DNA from: an uncultured Anaerolineales bacterium
Lineage (GTDB): Bacteria; Chloroflexota; Anaerolineae; UBA1429
Reading direction: 5' to 3'
Assembly (NCBI GenBank): GCA_964407215.1
Contig: CAYOUT010000003.1
Location: 187,648 to 251,647, forward strand
Length of the DNA: 64,000 nt
This document shows positions 17,657 to 26,325 of the stretch, piece by piece. The notes beneath the pieces are model-generated. The model searched no databases. It was given only the letters and a program-made list of their open reading frames with translations, and had not been told where the DNA came from. The first letter of the stretch is position 1, and each line of letters opens with the position of its first letter. Position numbers and translations under genes: made by a program.

Positions 17657-18478
17657 ATGCGAGCAGTCGATAATTCCAAGGACCATGTGAGGCGTGTCTC
17701 AAAACAGCGCTGCGACCTCCGATCGAGCGGTGTACACGCCTTGATTCCGGCTGTGTTGCTCCTCCTAGTGTTGTTGTGGGAGCTTGTGGTTCGCTGGGCG
17801 GGCTACCCTGCTTTCTTTTTGCCCACACCAGGGCTCGTCTTTAGCCGATTCGTCTCGGCCTGGCAGAGTAACACGCTGCAGATCCATATCTGGATTACGC
17901 TGCGCGAAGTGTTTGGCGGCCTAGCGCTGGGGCTGTTCGTCGCCATCGTCTTGGGCTACCTACTGGCCAAGTCGCGCACGCTCGAGCGGATCGTAACACC
18001 GTATATTGTGTCCGCCCAGGCGATCCCTATCGTTGCCTTGGCGCCTCTCCTCGTGATCTGGTTCGGCACAGGCATCCTCTCGAAGGTGCTGGTGTGCGCT
18101 CTGACTCTCTTTTTCCCTGTGCTCATCAATACAATCGTCGGTGTGCGCAGTGTGGATCGTGAGCTGCTGGAGCTCATGCGCTCGCTCCAGGCCTCGCGCT
18201 GGCAGATCTTTCGTTATCTCGAGTTACCCGCCGCGCTTCCGGTGCTCTTGGGCGGACTCAAGGTAGGCGTGACCCTTTCGGTTATTGGCGCCGTGGTGGG
18301 CGAGTTTGTGGGTGCGGACCGCGGGCTGGGGTTCCTCGTCAACCTCGCCAGGGGTCTATTTGATACGCCTTTGATGTTCGTGGCTTTGTTCGTCCTCATG
18401 GCGATCGCCCTGGGGCTTTATCTGACCGTCTCGGTTTTGGAATCCCGGCTGTTACGATGGCGCTGGACTGAGGATTAG
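17657..18478 (+). CDS. ribX: ABC transporter permease (SsuC/TauC-like), probable riboflavin transporter RibX
   Basis: Six-TM BPD permease with EAA-like loop (ELMRSLQASRWQIFRYLELPAALP); first gene after the FMN riboswitch; start uncertain. Confidence 0.8.
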   Translation: MRAVDNSKDHVRRVSKQRCDLRSSGVHALIPAVLLLLVLLWELVVRWAGYPAFFLPTPGLVFSRFVSAWQSNTLQIHIWITLREVFGGLALGLFVAIVLGYLLAKSRTLERIVTPYIVSAQAIPIVALAPLLVIWFGTGILSKVLVCALTLFFPVLINTIVGVRSVDRELLELMRSLQASRWQIFRYLELPAALPVLLGGLKVGVTLSVIGAVVGEFVGADRGLGFLVNLARGLFDTPLMFVALFVLMAIALGLYLTVSVLESRLLRWRWTED

Positions 18479-18515
18479 CACGGTTCGGCCCAATCTCTGT
18501 GTTGTGGAGGATCCT

Positions 18516-19502
18516 GTGAAACGTTACCACATGTCGCTGTTGTCACTAGCTGTTCTGCTGTGTTTGCTCGCAGCGTGCAGCCCCGTCTCCGTGTCTCCCC
18601 AAGAAGAGGGGTATCGCGATGTGTCTATCGCGATGGGCTTTGTTCCCAACGTGCAATTCACACCCATGTACGTGGCCCTGGAGCGTGGGTACTTTGAGGA
18701 AGAAGGTCTCAATATCGAGCTGGATTATGGTATGGAGACCGACTTGCTACAACAAGTGGGGGCCAACAAGGTGCCTTTTGCTATTGTCAGCGGCGATCAG
18801 ACTATCTTGGCGCGGGGCAACGGCCTGCCGGTGACTTATGTCTTTAACTGGTATCGGCGCTTTCCTGTTTGTATCGTCTCTATGGCCAGCTCTGGCATTA
18901 CCGAGCCAGCGGATCTTGTGGGGCGCACGGTGGGCACCACAGCATTGGAGGGTGCTAGCTACTTGGGATGGCTCGCCTTCCTCAAACAGGTGGAAATCCC
19001 CGCTGCGGACATCGACCTACAGGTGATCGGTTACACTCAAGTGCCCAGCCTGGTCGAGGGCCGTGTGGATGCCGCCATCTCTTACGCTATGAACGAGCCT
19101 GTCCAGCTCAAAGCGGCCGGCCACGAGGTCAATGTGTTCTACCTCGATAGCTACACCCATCTCGTCTCAAACGGCATCGTGACCAACGATATGACTATCG
19201 AGGAAGAGCCCGAACTGGTGGAAAGAGTTGTGCGAGCCTTCCGGCGAGGCCTACAAGATACCATCGACGATCCCGATGCTGCGTTTGAGATCACCCGCAA
19301 GGCGATCCCCGAGATGGACGATGACACTGCTGTGCTGCAGCGGGCAGTGCTTGAGGAGTGTGTGGTGTTCTGGCGCGGTGATAACCTGGGCGCCAGTGTA
19401 CCGGAGCACTGGAAAGAGTCGGTGGAGCTGCTCCAGGAGATCGGTCTGCTCGAGATCGACGTAGATCCCGACGGATTGTACACTAACACCTTTGTCGAGT
19501 GA
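18516..19502 (+). CDS. ribY: NMT1/THI5-like substrate-binding lipoprotein, probable riboflavin-binding RibY
   Basis: GTG start after GGAGG; lipobox LLAAC; PNVQFTPMYVALERGYF THI5-type motif; FMN-riboswitch context. Confidence 0.8.
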   Translation: MKRYHMSLLSLAVLLCLLAACSPVSVSPQEEGYRDVSIAMGFVPNVQFTPMYVALERGYFEEEGLNIELDYGMETDLLQQVGANKVPFAIVSGDQTILARGNGLPVTYVFNWYRRFPVCIVSMASSGITEPADLVGRTVGTTALEGASYLGWLAFLKQVEIPAADIDLQVIGYTQVPSLVEGRVDAAISYAMNEPVQLKAAGHEVNVFYLDSYTHLVSNGIVTNDMTIEEEPELVERVVRAFRRGLQDTIDDPDAAFEITRKAIPEMDDDTAVLQRAVLEECVVFWRGDNLGASVPEHWKESVELLQEIGLLEIDVDPDGLYTNTFVE

Positions 19503-19505
19503 TGC

Positions 19506-20261
19506 ATGTCTCAGCCCATTCTCATCGCCAGGCACGTCCAGATGGTCTTTTCCTCGCCCGAAGCGGAGCTGGAGGCGCTGGCCGAGGCCGACTTGGCCGT
19601 GAACGCTAACGAGTTTGTGTGTGTCATCGGGCCGTCGGGGTGTGGCAAGTCCACTTTGCTTCGCATCCTCGGCGGCCTGGTGAGGCCCACCAGCGGGCAT
19701 GTGATATACAAGGGAAGGGCCTTGACGGAGCCGCAGCGGAGCATCGGCTATGTATTCCAGCGCTCCAACCTGATGCCCTGGCGCTCATCTTTGGCCAACG
19801 TGATGCTTCCGCTGGAGCTCGCCGGCACGCCGCGCGCTGTGGCCGAGGTGCGCGCGCGGGAGATGCTCGAGTTGGTGGGACTGACGGATTTCGTGCGTGC
19901 TCTACCACGCGATCTCTCGGGTGGTATGCGTCAGCGGGTGGCACTGGCCCGCGCTTTGATCCAGGATCCCGATGTGTTGTTGCTCGACGAGCCTTTTGGT
20001 GCGCTGGATGCGTTGACACGCGAGCGTATGACGTGGGAGTTGCTGCGCATCTGGCAGGCGCGTCGCAAGACGGTGATCATGGTGACGCACAATATCCAAG
20101 AGGCGGTCTTTTTGTCGGATCGTGTGCTGGCGATGAGTCCCCGGCCCGGACGTATCGAGGCCGAGGTGGTAATCGACCTCCCTCGACCGCGTTCCGAGGA
20201 AGACCTCTATACGAGGCGCTTCACCGAGTTGGCGCGCGTCCTACGCGACACGCTCCGCTAG
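19506..20261 (+). CDS. ABC transporter ATP-binding protein (SsuB/TauB-like)
   Basis: GPSGCGKST, LSGGMRQR, LLLDEPFGALD, VTH. Confidence 0.93.
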   Translation: MSQPILIARHVQMVFSSPEAELEALAEADLAVNANEFVCVIGPSGCGKSTLLRILGGLVRPTSGHVIYKGRALTEPQRSIGYVFQRSNLMPWRSSLANVMLPLELAGTPRAVAEVRAREMLELVGLTDFVRALPRDLSGGMRQRVALARALIQDPDVLLLDEPFGALDALTRERMTWELLRIWQARRKTVIMVTHNIQEAVFLSDRVLAMSPRPGRIEAEVVIDLPRPRSEEDLYTRRFTELARVLRDTLR

Positions 20262-20291
20262 CAACCCTGGCAAGGGCCCTCATCCGGCAGC

Positions 20292-21581
20292 CTAGGACTC
20301 GAGAGCGATCTCTCTTTGCTCCAGTCGCGGCTCGCGCACGCCCCAACGCATGGCGGCCCACCCCATCAACGACAGGAGCAAGGCGGCGACAAACATCACC
20401 TGGAACCCCAACCAATCTACCAACCAGCCCCCCAGGATGGGCGCCAACAACACTGGTACGGTCAAGAGGGTGTCTGCCAGCGCAGTAAAGGTGGGCAGAT
20501 CGTCGAGAGTGCTGAACTCCATGGTCATGCTAGTGTTCGCTACCATCATACCCGCCGATGCTGCGCTCATGAGCATGAATACGGCGTATAGCCATCCTAG
20601 GCTGGGGGCTATCAGGGTCAAGACGCCGGCAGCCGCAGCGATCAGGGTGCACAGCTCCGTGAGCCATTTGTGTCCGAGGCGGTCCGCCAGGGCGCCAAGA
20701 AGCGGCGTGCATGCAGTGACGCTAAAGAGTGCTGCGATCGTCAGGTTGCCAGCAAAGGCGTCCGTGGCGCCGAAAGCGCGACGGGCGTACACGATGTAAA
20801 AGAATGCGCCCATGCCACCGAGCGCTATGAGCGCTCGCCCCACCAGGTAGCGTACGAAATTTGGATTCCCTTTGAGCACATTCGGTAGGTTGTGCCAATA
20901 GTCCTTCAGTGGAAGCGCTTCTTTGACGGGCTCGAGAGCTGGCTCTCGGTTCAGGGTCAGGCTGACATAAGACAGCGCGTGAAATACAAAACAGAACAGG
21001 AAACAGATGCCGAATGAGATGGGGTAGGGATAGTTATCCAGGATTCTGCTGGACACAGCGGCACCAGCCATGCCCAATACGCCCCCCAGCGCCTGGCTGC
21101 CGCCGAACAACAGTCCTCGCTTTTGAAGAGGTACCACCTTGGCTAACATTGCTTTCCAAGCGGGCGCTGCCAGCCCCCCTGCCGCAGTAGCCACCGTAAG
21201 GTTCAGACTGAGAACCAGATAGGCGAGCCATCTCGGCGCACCGGGCCAGAGTAGGATGCCGAGGCCCACCACCAAGTAGGGCAAGCGCTCCATTACGCTG
21301 ATCTTCATGATCAAGGGTTTCTTGCGGGGTAGCCGCTCGGCCATGTGGGCCAGGAGCAGTTGAGGGATGCTAAAGCCCACGCTCTGTATCGCGGGGATGA
21401 GGCCGATCAGCACGGCAGAGCTGGTGAGATGGCTGGCGTAGAGTGATAGCACGGTGGCGCCATAGATGAAACTCATGGCCAAGTTGAAAAAGGTGAGGTC
21501 CAGGAAATTGGCTGTGAAATTCCAAGTCTGGTGCTTGCGTATGTGAGCCTGGTAGGCGCTCATCTGTGCAGAATCTGTCAT
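20292..21581 (-). CDS. MFS transporter
   Basis: About 12 hydrophobic helices; motif-A-like GALADRLGHK and AHMAERLPRKK; start 21581 or 21563. Confidence 0.85.
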   Translation of the reverse strand: MTDSAQMSAYQAHIRKHQTWNFTANFLDLTFFNLAMSFIYGATVLSLYASHLTSSAVLIGLIPAIQSVGFSIPQLLLAHMAERLPRKKPLIMKISVMERLPYLVVGLGILLWPGAPRWLAYLVLSLNLTVATAAGGLAAPAWKAMLAKVVPLQKRGLLFGGSQALGGVLGMAGAAVSSRILDNYPYPISFGICFLFCFVFHALSYVSLTLNREPALEPVKEALPLKDYWHNLPNVLKGNPNFVRYLVGRALIALGGMGAFFYIVYARRAFGATDAFAGNLTIAALFSVTACTPLLGALADRLGHKWLTELCTLIAAAAGVLTLIAPSLGWLYAVFMLMSAASAGMMVANTSMTMEFSTLDDLPTFTALADTLLTVPVLLAPILGGWLVDWLGFQVMFVAALLLSLMGWAAMRWGVREPRLEQREIALES

Positions 21582-21790
21582 CGAGATCCGATCTGCGCTG
21601 GAGGGGTTCACCCGTGCAATGTGCTCTGCGATGTCAAAGCGCTCGACGGCGCATCGTAACACGGCGACATCGGGCTGTCAAAACGTTGCCGTGTATGCTA
21701 CGGTTCTCTTGGCGAGTCATTTGCGCGGCTGCTCTAGAAGGGCTAGTATTGGCGTATTGAGATGACAGCGGAGGAGTGAGAGCAGGGAAT

Positions 21791-23080
21791 ATGCAGATCA
21801 GACTCGCGTACGGTCGCAGCGGCTTGGATGTGTCGGTGCCCGACGACGCCACCGTTTTATTGCCCCGGGCTCTGCCCAGCCTGGGTGACGAGGCACGCGC
21901 GCTCTCTACGGCGCTCGAACAGCCCATTGGCTGCCCTCCTCTGTCGTATCTTGTGCCTGAGGACGCTCGTGTAGTGATCGTCTTCAGCGATATCACTCGC
22001 CCCATGCCCAACGATCGAGTGTTGCCCGTGTTGCTGGCTGCCCTGGAGCATGTACCTAGTGAGCGGATCACGCTGCTCAACGGCTTGGGCACGCATCGCC
22101 CCAATACGCCTCAAGAGCTTGAAGAGATGCTGGGGCGAGCCACCGTGGAACGTTATCACATAGCACAACACAATGCGTGGGATAAGGCCAACCTCGTAAC
22201 GATCGGTATTAACAGCCTAGGTCGCCCAGTGCGCATCAACCGCACATATCAGGAAGCTGACGTCAAAATCCTGACCGGCTTCATCGAACCCCACATCTTT
22301 GCTGGTTTTAGCGGTGGCCCCAAAGCTGTGCTGCCTGCTGTGGCGGGTATCGATACCATTATGGACAACCACGGCTACAGCATGCTGAATCATCCTTCTG
22401 CCACTTGGGGGGTTACCGAGGGGAACCCGGTCTGGGAGGAGATGCGTGAGGCCGCGGCCATGACCGCACCGGATTTCCTGTTGAATGTGGCCTTGAACTG
22501 TGAACGGGCTATCACGGGGGTGTTCGCCGGAGATGTATGGCAGGCCCACGGTCGGGGGGTCGAGTTCGTGCGATCCACCGCTATGCGGCCGGTGGACCAC
22601 CTCTTTGACATCGCGATCACCACGAACAGTGGCTATCCTTTGGACATCAACCTGTATCAGGCCGTCAAAGGGATGTCGGCGGCGGCCGGCATCGTCAAGC
22701 CCGGCGGGAGTATCATCATTGCCGCTGAGTGTCGTGAAGGGATCCCCGATTATGGCGAGTACAAGGATATTATCCACGAGGGCGGCTCACTACAGGGGGT
22801 GCTGGACCTGATCAGCCAACCCGGCTACCATCGCCACGACCAATGGGAGGCACAGCTTCAGGTGGGCATCCAATCCAAGGCCGACGTTTATGTGTACAGT
22901 GATTACCTCTCGGATGAGCAGCTGGAGGGTATGTTGTTCAAACCTTGTAGCAATATAGAGGCCACCCTGACGGAATTGCTGCAACGCTATGGGCCCGAGG
23001 CCAGCATTTGCGTGCTGCCCGAGGGGCCGCAGACTGTACCCTATCTGAGTTCCGCTCAGAATCACGAGGAGGCGGAATGA
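21791..23080 (+). CDS. larA: Nickel-pincer (NPN)-dependent lactate racemase LarA family protein
   Basis: SDITRP, GTHRP, EPHIFAGFSGGPK, IMDNH, YQAVKG: all catalytic and cofactor-binding residues of LarA are present at the expected spacing. Confidence 0.9.
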   Translation: MQIRLAYGRSGLDVSVPDDATVLLPRALPSLGDEARALSTALEQPIGCPPLSYLVPEDARVVIVFSDITRPMPNDRVLPVLLAALEHVPSERITLLNGLGTHRPNTPQELEEMLGRATVERYHIAQHNAWDKANLVTIGINSLGRPVRINRTYQEADVKILTGFIEPHIFAGFSGGPKAVLPAVAGIDTIMDNHGYSMLNHPSATWGVTEGNPVWEEMREAAAMTAPDFLLNVALNCERAITGVFAGDVWQAHGRGVEFVRSTAMRPVDHLFDIAITTNSGYPLDINLYQAVKGMSAAAGIVKPGGSIIIAAECREGIPDYGEYKDIIHEGGSLQGVLDLISQPGYHRHDQWEAQLQVGIQSKADVYVYSDYLSDEQLEGMLFKPCSNIEATLTELLQRYGPEASICVLPEGPQTVPYLSSAQNHEEAE

Positions 23081-25149
23081 ACGTGCGAGACCATCCATTG
23101 CGCATACTTCCCGAGCCCAAGCAGGTGGTTTTGGAGGCCGGCTTTTTCCGGCTCGATGCGGATACGCGTATCGTCCTGTTACCGAGCGCCAATAACGCGG
23201 CATTTGGTGCAGCATCGAGCCTCCAGCGGGAGATCCAAGAGTCCACAAGCCTGTGTCCGCGTATCGAAAAAACGGCCGAACCGACAGGCCGTGTGAACGC
23301 GATTTTGCTCGCTGCAGATTACGGCGCTGCTCAGGCTTTCTTGGGGGAATTGCCTGAACAGCTCGCCCCAGGGCCTGCGGACCGGCAAGCGTACCGCATT
23401 CAGATTAGCTCAGACAGGGTGCTGGTTATAGGCGCGGGTGATGAGGGGTTGTATTACGCTATCCAGACTCTGCGTCAGATCTGTCGTTTGGAACACAGCC
23501 GTTGGCCAGCGCTGTTCATCGCCGATTGGCCGTCACTCTCATGCCGAGGATTGATGCTGGATGTGTCGAGGGGGAAGGTGCCCACGCTCGAGACGCTCAG
23601 GCTGCTGATTGATCACCTCAGCCTTTTCAAGGCCAACGTGCTGCAGCTCTATACCGAGCACACCTTTGTCTTTCCACATCACCCGCGCATTGGGGAGAGC
23701 GCGGGTTCGTTATCTGGTAACGACATCATGGAGCTGGATGCCTACGCGCGTGCGCACCATGTGGAGCTCATGCCGAACCTGAACTCGTTTGGGCACTGTG
23801 AGCACCTCCTCAGCCTGCCCGGGTATCGTGACTTGGCCGAATCAGCCGCGGCTTGGTCGCTTTGCCCGACCGATGAGCGGACCTACGAGCTGATAGACGA
23901 CCTGTACGGCGATCTGTTGCCAGCGTTCAGCTCGAAGACGTTGAATATCGGATGTGATGAGACGTACGATCTGGGCAAAGGACGCTCGAAAGAGGCGGTA
24001 GCTCATGAGGGCACTGGACGCTTGTATCTGCGCCATATCCTGCGACTTTACGAGATCGCTAGGCGCCGCGGCGCCAGGATTCAGCTCTGGGGTGATATCC
24101 TGTTGCATTACCCCGAGTTGGTCGGCGAGTTGCCCCAAGATATCACGCTGCTCGATTGGCACTATGAGGCTGCCGATGATTACCCGTCGGTGCGGGTCTT
24201 TGCCGAAAGTGGCAGGGAGTTCTGGGTGTGTCCCGGCACTTCGTCGTGGAACACCCTCTTTCCGCGCATCGAAAACTCGAACGCGAATATCAGGGCGCTT
24301 GCACGTACAGGGGTTGAACACGGCGCCAGAGGCTTGCTCAACACGGATTGGGGGGATTCGGGCCACTATCAACCCATTGGGCAGTGCTGGTATGGATATG
24401 CGTTCGGCGCCGCACAGGCTTGGTCGGGCGGTGTCACAGAGGACGCGGTGTTCGATGCCAGCTTTGCCCCTCTCTATTTCGGCGCGAGTGGCGATTCCGT
24501 GGTCAGCGGGATGCGCGCCTTGGGCAGGCTGAACACGCTGCCGGGCATGGCTCGCCCCAACGCAAGCCGGAGTATCCACGCCTTGCTCGACGAGCCGCTG
24601 GTTGGCCCTCTCGCCGACGAGATCCCCGCAGAAACCGCCCGGGAGCTCGTGCACCGCAGCGATGAAGCGGTGGTACAATTCTACGACGCTATGGCCATCT
24701 CGCGCGATCGGCGCTCATTGGAGGAAATGGCGCTCTCAGCTCAATTGATGGGGCTGGCGGGTCGCAAGCTGACGCTCTCTCGAGAAGTGAGAGCTCTGCT
24801 GGCACGGCCCATCGATGATACCGAACAGATGGCTGTGCAACTGGAGCGATCTGCCGACGCGTTCGCGGCGCTCAACTCGGAACTCGGCGCGCTCACGCTC
24901 TTGTTCCAGGAACAGTGGTTGCGGCGTGCCCGGGCATCGGAGATCGGCATCAGTCTCGGACACTTTGGCCGCCTCAGCGAGAGGCTTGAGGCGGCACGCG
25001 GCTGGCTGGCGCAACGCGCAGCACAACAAAGGGCGGGCAAGACCCCTGGAGATGGGCTGTCCGCCTATGCGCAAGAAGCTGAGAGCTACGAGTACCTTGG
25101 CCAGGGCTTTTTGTGCCGGTTCAGCGGGTTGGACATCGCTTGGGACTAG
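23077..25149 (+). CDS. GH20 family glycoside hydrolase (beta-N-acetylhexosaminidase-like)
   Basis: GH20 domain 2 (LPEPKQV...AYRIQIS...GLYYAIQTLRQ), RGLMLDVSRG, NIGCDE catalytic Asp-Glu, WGD, PGTSSWN; ATGA overlap with larA. Confidence 0.88.
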   Translation: MNVRDHPLRILPEPKQVVLEAGFFRLDADTRIVLLPSANNAAFGAASSLQREIQESTSLCPRIEKTAEPTGRVNAILLAADYGAAQAFLGELPEQLAPGPADRQAYRIQISSDRVLVIGAGDEGLYYAIQTLRQICRLEHSRWPALFIADWPSLSCRGLMLDVSRGKVPTLETLRLLIDHLSLFKANVLQLYTEHTFVFPHHPRIGESAGSLSGNDIMELDAYARAHHVELMPNLNSFGHCEHLLSLPGYRDLAESAAAWSLCPTDERTYELIDDLYGDLLPAFSSKTLNIGCDETYDLGKGRSKEAVAHEGTGRLYLRHILRLYEIARRRGARIQLWGDILLHYPELVGELPQDITLLDWHYEAADDYPSVRVFAESGREFWVCPGTSSWNTLFPRIENSNANIRALARTGVEHGARGLLNTDWGDSGHYQPIGQCWYGYAFGAAQAWSGGVTEDAVFDASFAPLYFGASGDSVVSGMRALGRLNTLPGMARPNASRSIHALLDEPLVGPLADEIPAETARELVHRSDEAVVQFYDAMAISRDRRSLEEMALSAQLMGLAGRKLTLSREVRALLARPIDDTEQMAVQLERSADAFAALNSELGALTLLFQEQWLRRARASEIGISLGHFGRLSERLEAARGWLAQRAAQQRAGKTPGDGLSAYAQEAESYEYLGQGFLCRFSGLDIAWD

Positions 25150-25180
25150 CGCGCGTTCGACCATAGCCACCGTTAGGGCG

Positions 25181-25450
25181 CTAGTTTTCGATGATGCGTT
25201 CGACGACGATAGTGCAGTTGGTTACCAGCGCAGCAAAGGCGCCAATAGCGGCCAACACTGGCGCAAAGACCACGCCCACAGCTGCCACTGTGAGCGGCAG
25301 CTCCATGATCGTCTCGCCTTCTTGCTTGATGACGATCCGACGCGTGTTCCCTTCGTGAACCAGTTCTTTGACCTTGTCGACGAGCTGCGAGCCGGAGACC
25401 TGAAACTCCTCGCGCTCCACCTTGGGCTCTTCGGGTGCTTGCTCTGTCAT
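25181..25450 (-). CDS. DUF4342 domain-containing protein
   Basis: EEFQVSGSQLVDKVKELVHEGNTRRIVIK...LPLTV....PVLAAIGAFAALVTNCTIVVER is characteristic of the family. Confidence 0.85.
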   Translation of the reverse strand: MTEQAPEEPKVEREEFQVSGSQLVDKVKELVHEGNTRRIVIKQEGETIMELPLTVAAVGVVFAPVLAAIGAFAALVTNCTIVVERIIEN

Positions 25451-25516
25451 ACGGATGTCTCCTTTTGCGCGGTAACGAGTTGCCCGCGCCTTTGTGTAAT
25501 GCGATTGCTCCTATCT

Positions 25517-25545
25517 CTATACGATGGCTATCCGAGTGGGTTGCG
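25517..25545 (-). promoter_or_regulatory. Candidate sigmaW-like ECF promoter upstream of DUF4342 gene
   Basis: Minus strand CGCAAC-N16-CGTATAG; same architecture at 61521-61549. Confidence 0.45.
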
Positions 25546-25615
25546 AGGTAATGACACCCTATCTACGAAACACCTTCCCAGTTAGTCGGCACCTGTGTAT
25601 GGAGGTCATCGAGTT

Positions 25616-26182
25616 ATGTGCCCAAATCCCGACCACACGGCTTCCCCGAGCGACACTACGCCGTCCGCTGGGGGGGGTGGCAGTTGGCTCATCGAGCTGG
25701 CGCGCACTTTTTTGCCCGCTGTGCTCATCGTGGTGAGCATCAATCTGTTTCTAGCTCAGCCACGCACGGTCCACGGCGAGAGTATGGAGCCGAATCTACA
25801 CGAGAACCAACGGGTGATTCTGGATCTCGTCAGCTACCGGTTCCGCGAACCGCAACGCGGAGAGATCGTGGTGATTCGGTTCCCCGGCGAGCGTAAAGAT
25901 CCACTAATCAAACGAGTTGTCGCGCTGGCCGGCGAGACGGTTGAGATACGATCCGGCGTGGTCTATGTTGATGGAGTCAAGCTTGATGAACCCTATCTCG
26001 ATTACAACGCCGGAGGTTCCATGGCCTCGCTGGTAGTTCCCGCCGACCACGTGTTCGTGTTGGGCGACAACCGTGGCCGCAGTAACGACTCTCGCTATTT
26101 CGGGGCTGTGTCCATGAGGAGCATTCTGGGGCGCGCGTGGTTGTGCTACTGGCCGCCCGACAAAATCGCGCTCTTGCATTGA
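25616..26182 (+). CDS. lepB: Signal peptidase I
   Basis: TM helix, GESM (catalytic Ser), PLIKRV (catalytic Lys), FVLGDNR..SNDSR. Confidence 0.93.
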   Translation: MCPNPDHTASPSDTTPSAGGGGSWLIELARTFLPAVLIVVSINLFLAQPRTVHGESMEPNLHENQRVILDLVSYRFREPQRGEIVVIRFPGERKDPLIKRVVALAGETVEIRSGVVYVDGVKLDEPYLDYNAGGSMASLVVPADHVFVLGDNRGRSNDSRYFGAVSMRSILGRAWLCYWPPDKIALLH

Positions 26183-26220
26183 TCCTCGCTCGTCCCTCCC
26201 CCGCGAGATACCTCACGGAA

Positions 26221-26249
26221 GGAACAACCTTCGCGAGCACACCGTCCTG
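26221..26249 (+). promoter_or_regulatory. Candidate ECF-sigma promoter upstream of PA14 gene
   Basis: GGAACAA-N16-GTCCTG. Confidence 0.35.
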
Positions 26250-26325
26250 GGATCGACGTGGCTGGCACGTTGCGGTCTCAGGCAGCGCATCGTCGAGGTC
26301 GGGCACTCTGCCTGGAGGATAACTC

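Noticed and set aside
24815-25585. 256-aa plus-strand ORF
   Set aside because: Overlaps GH20 out of frame and DUF4342 in antisense; Arg/Ser-rich shadow composition.
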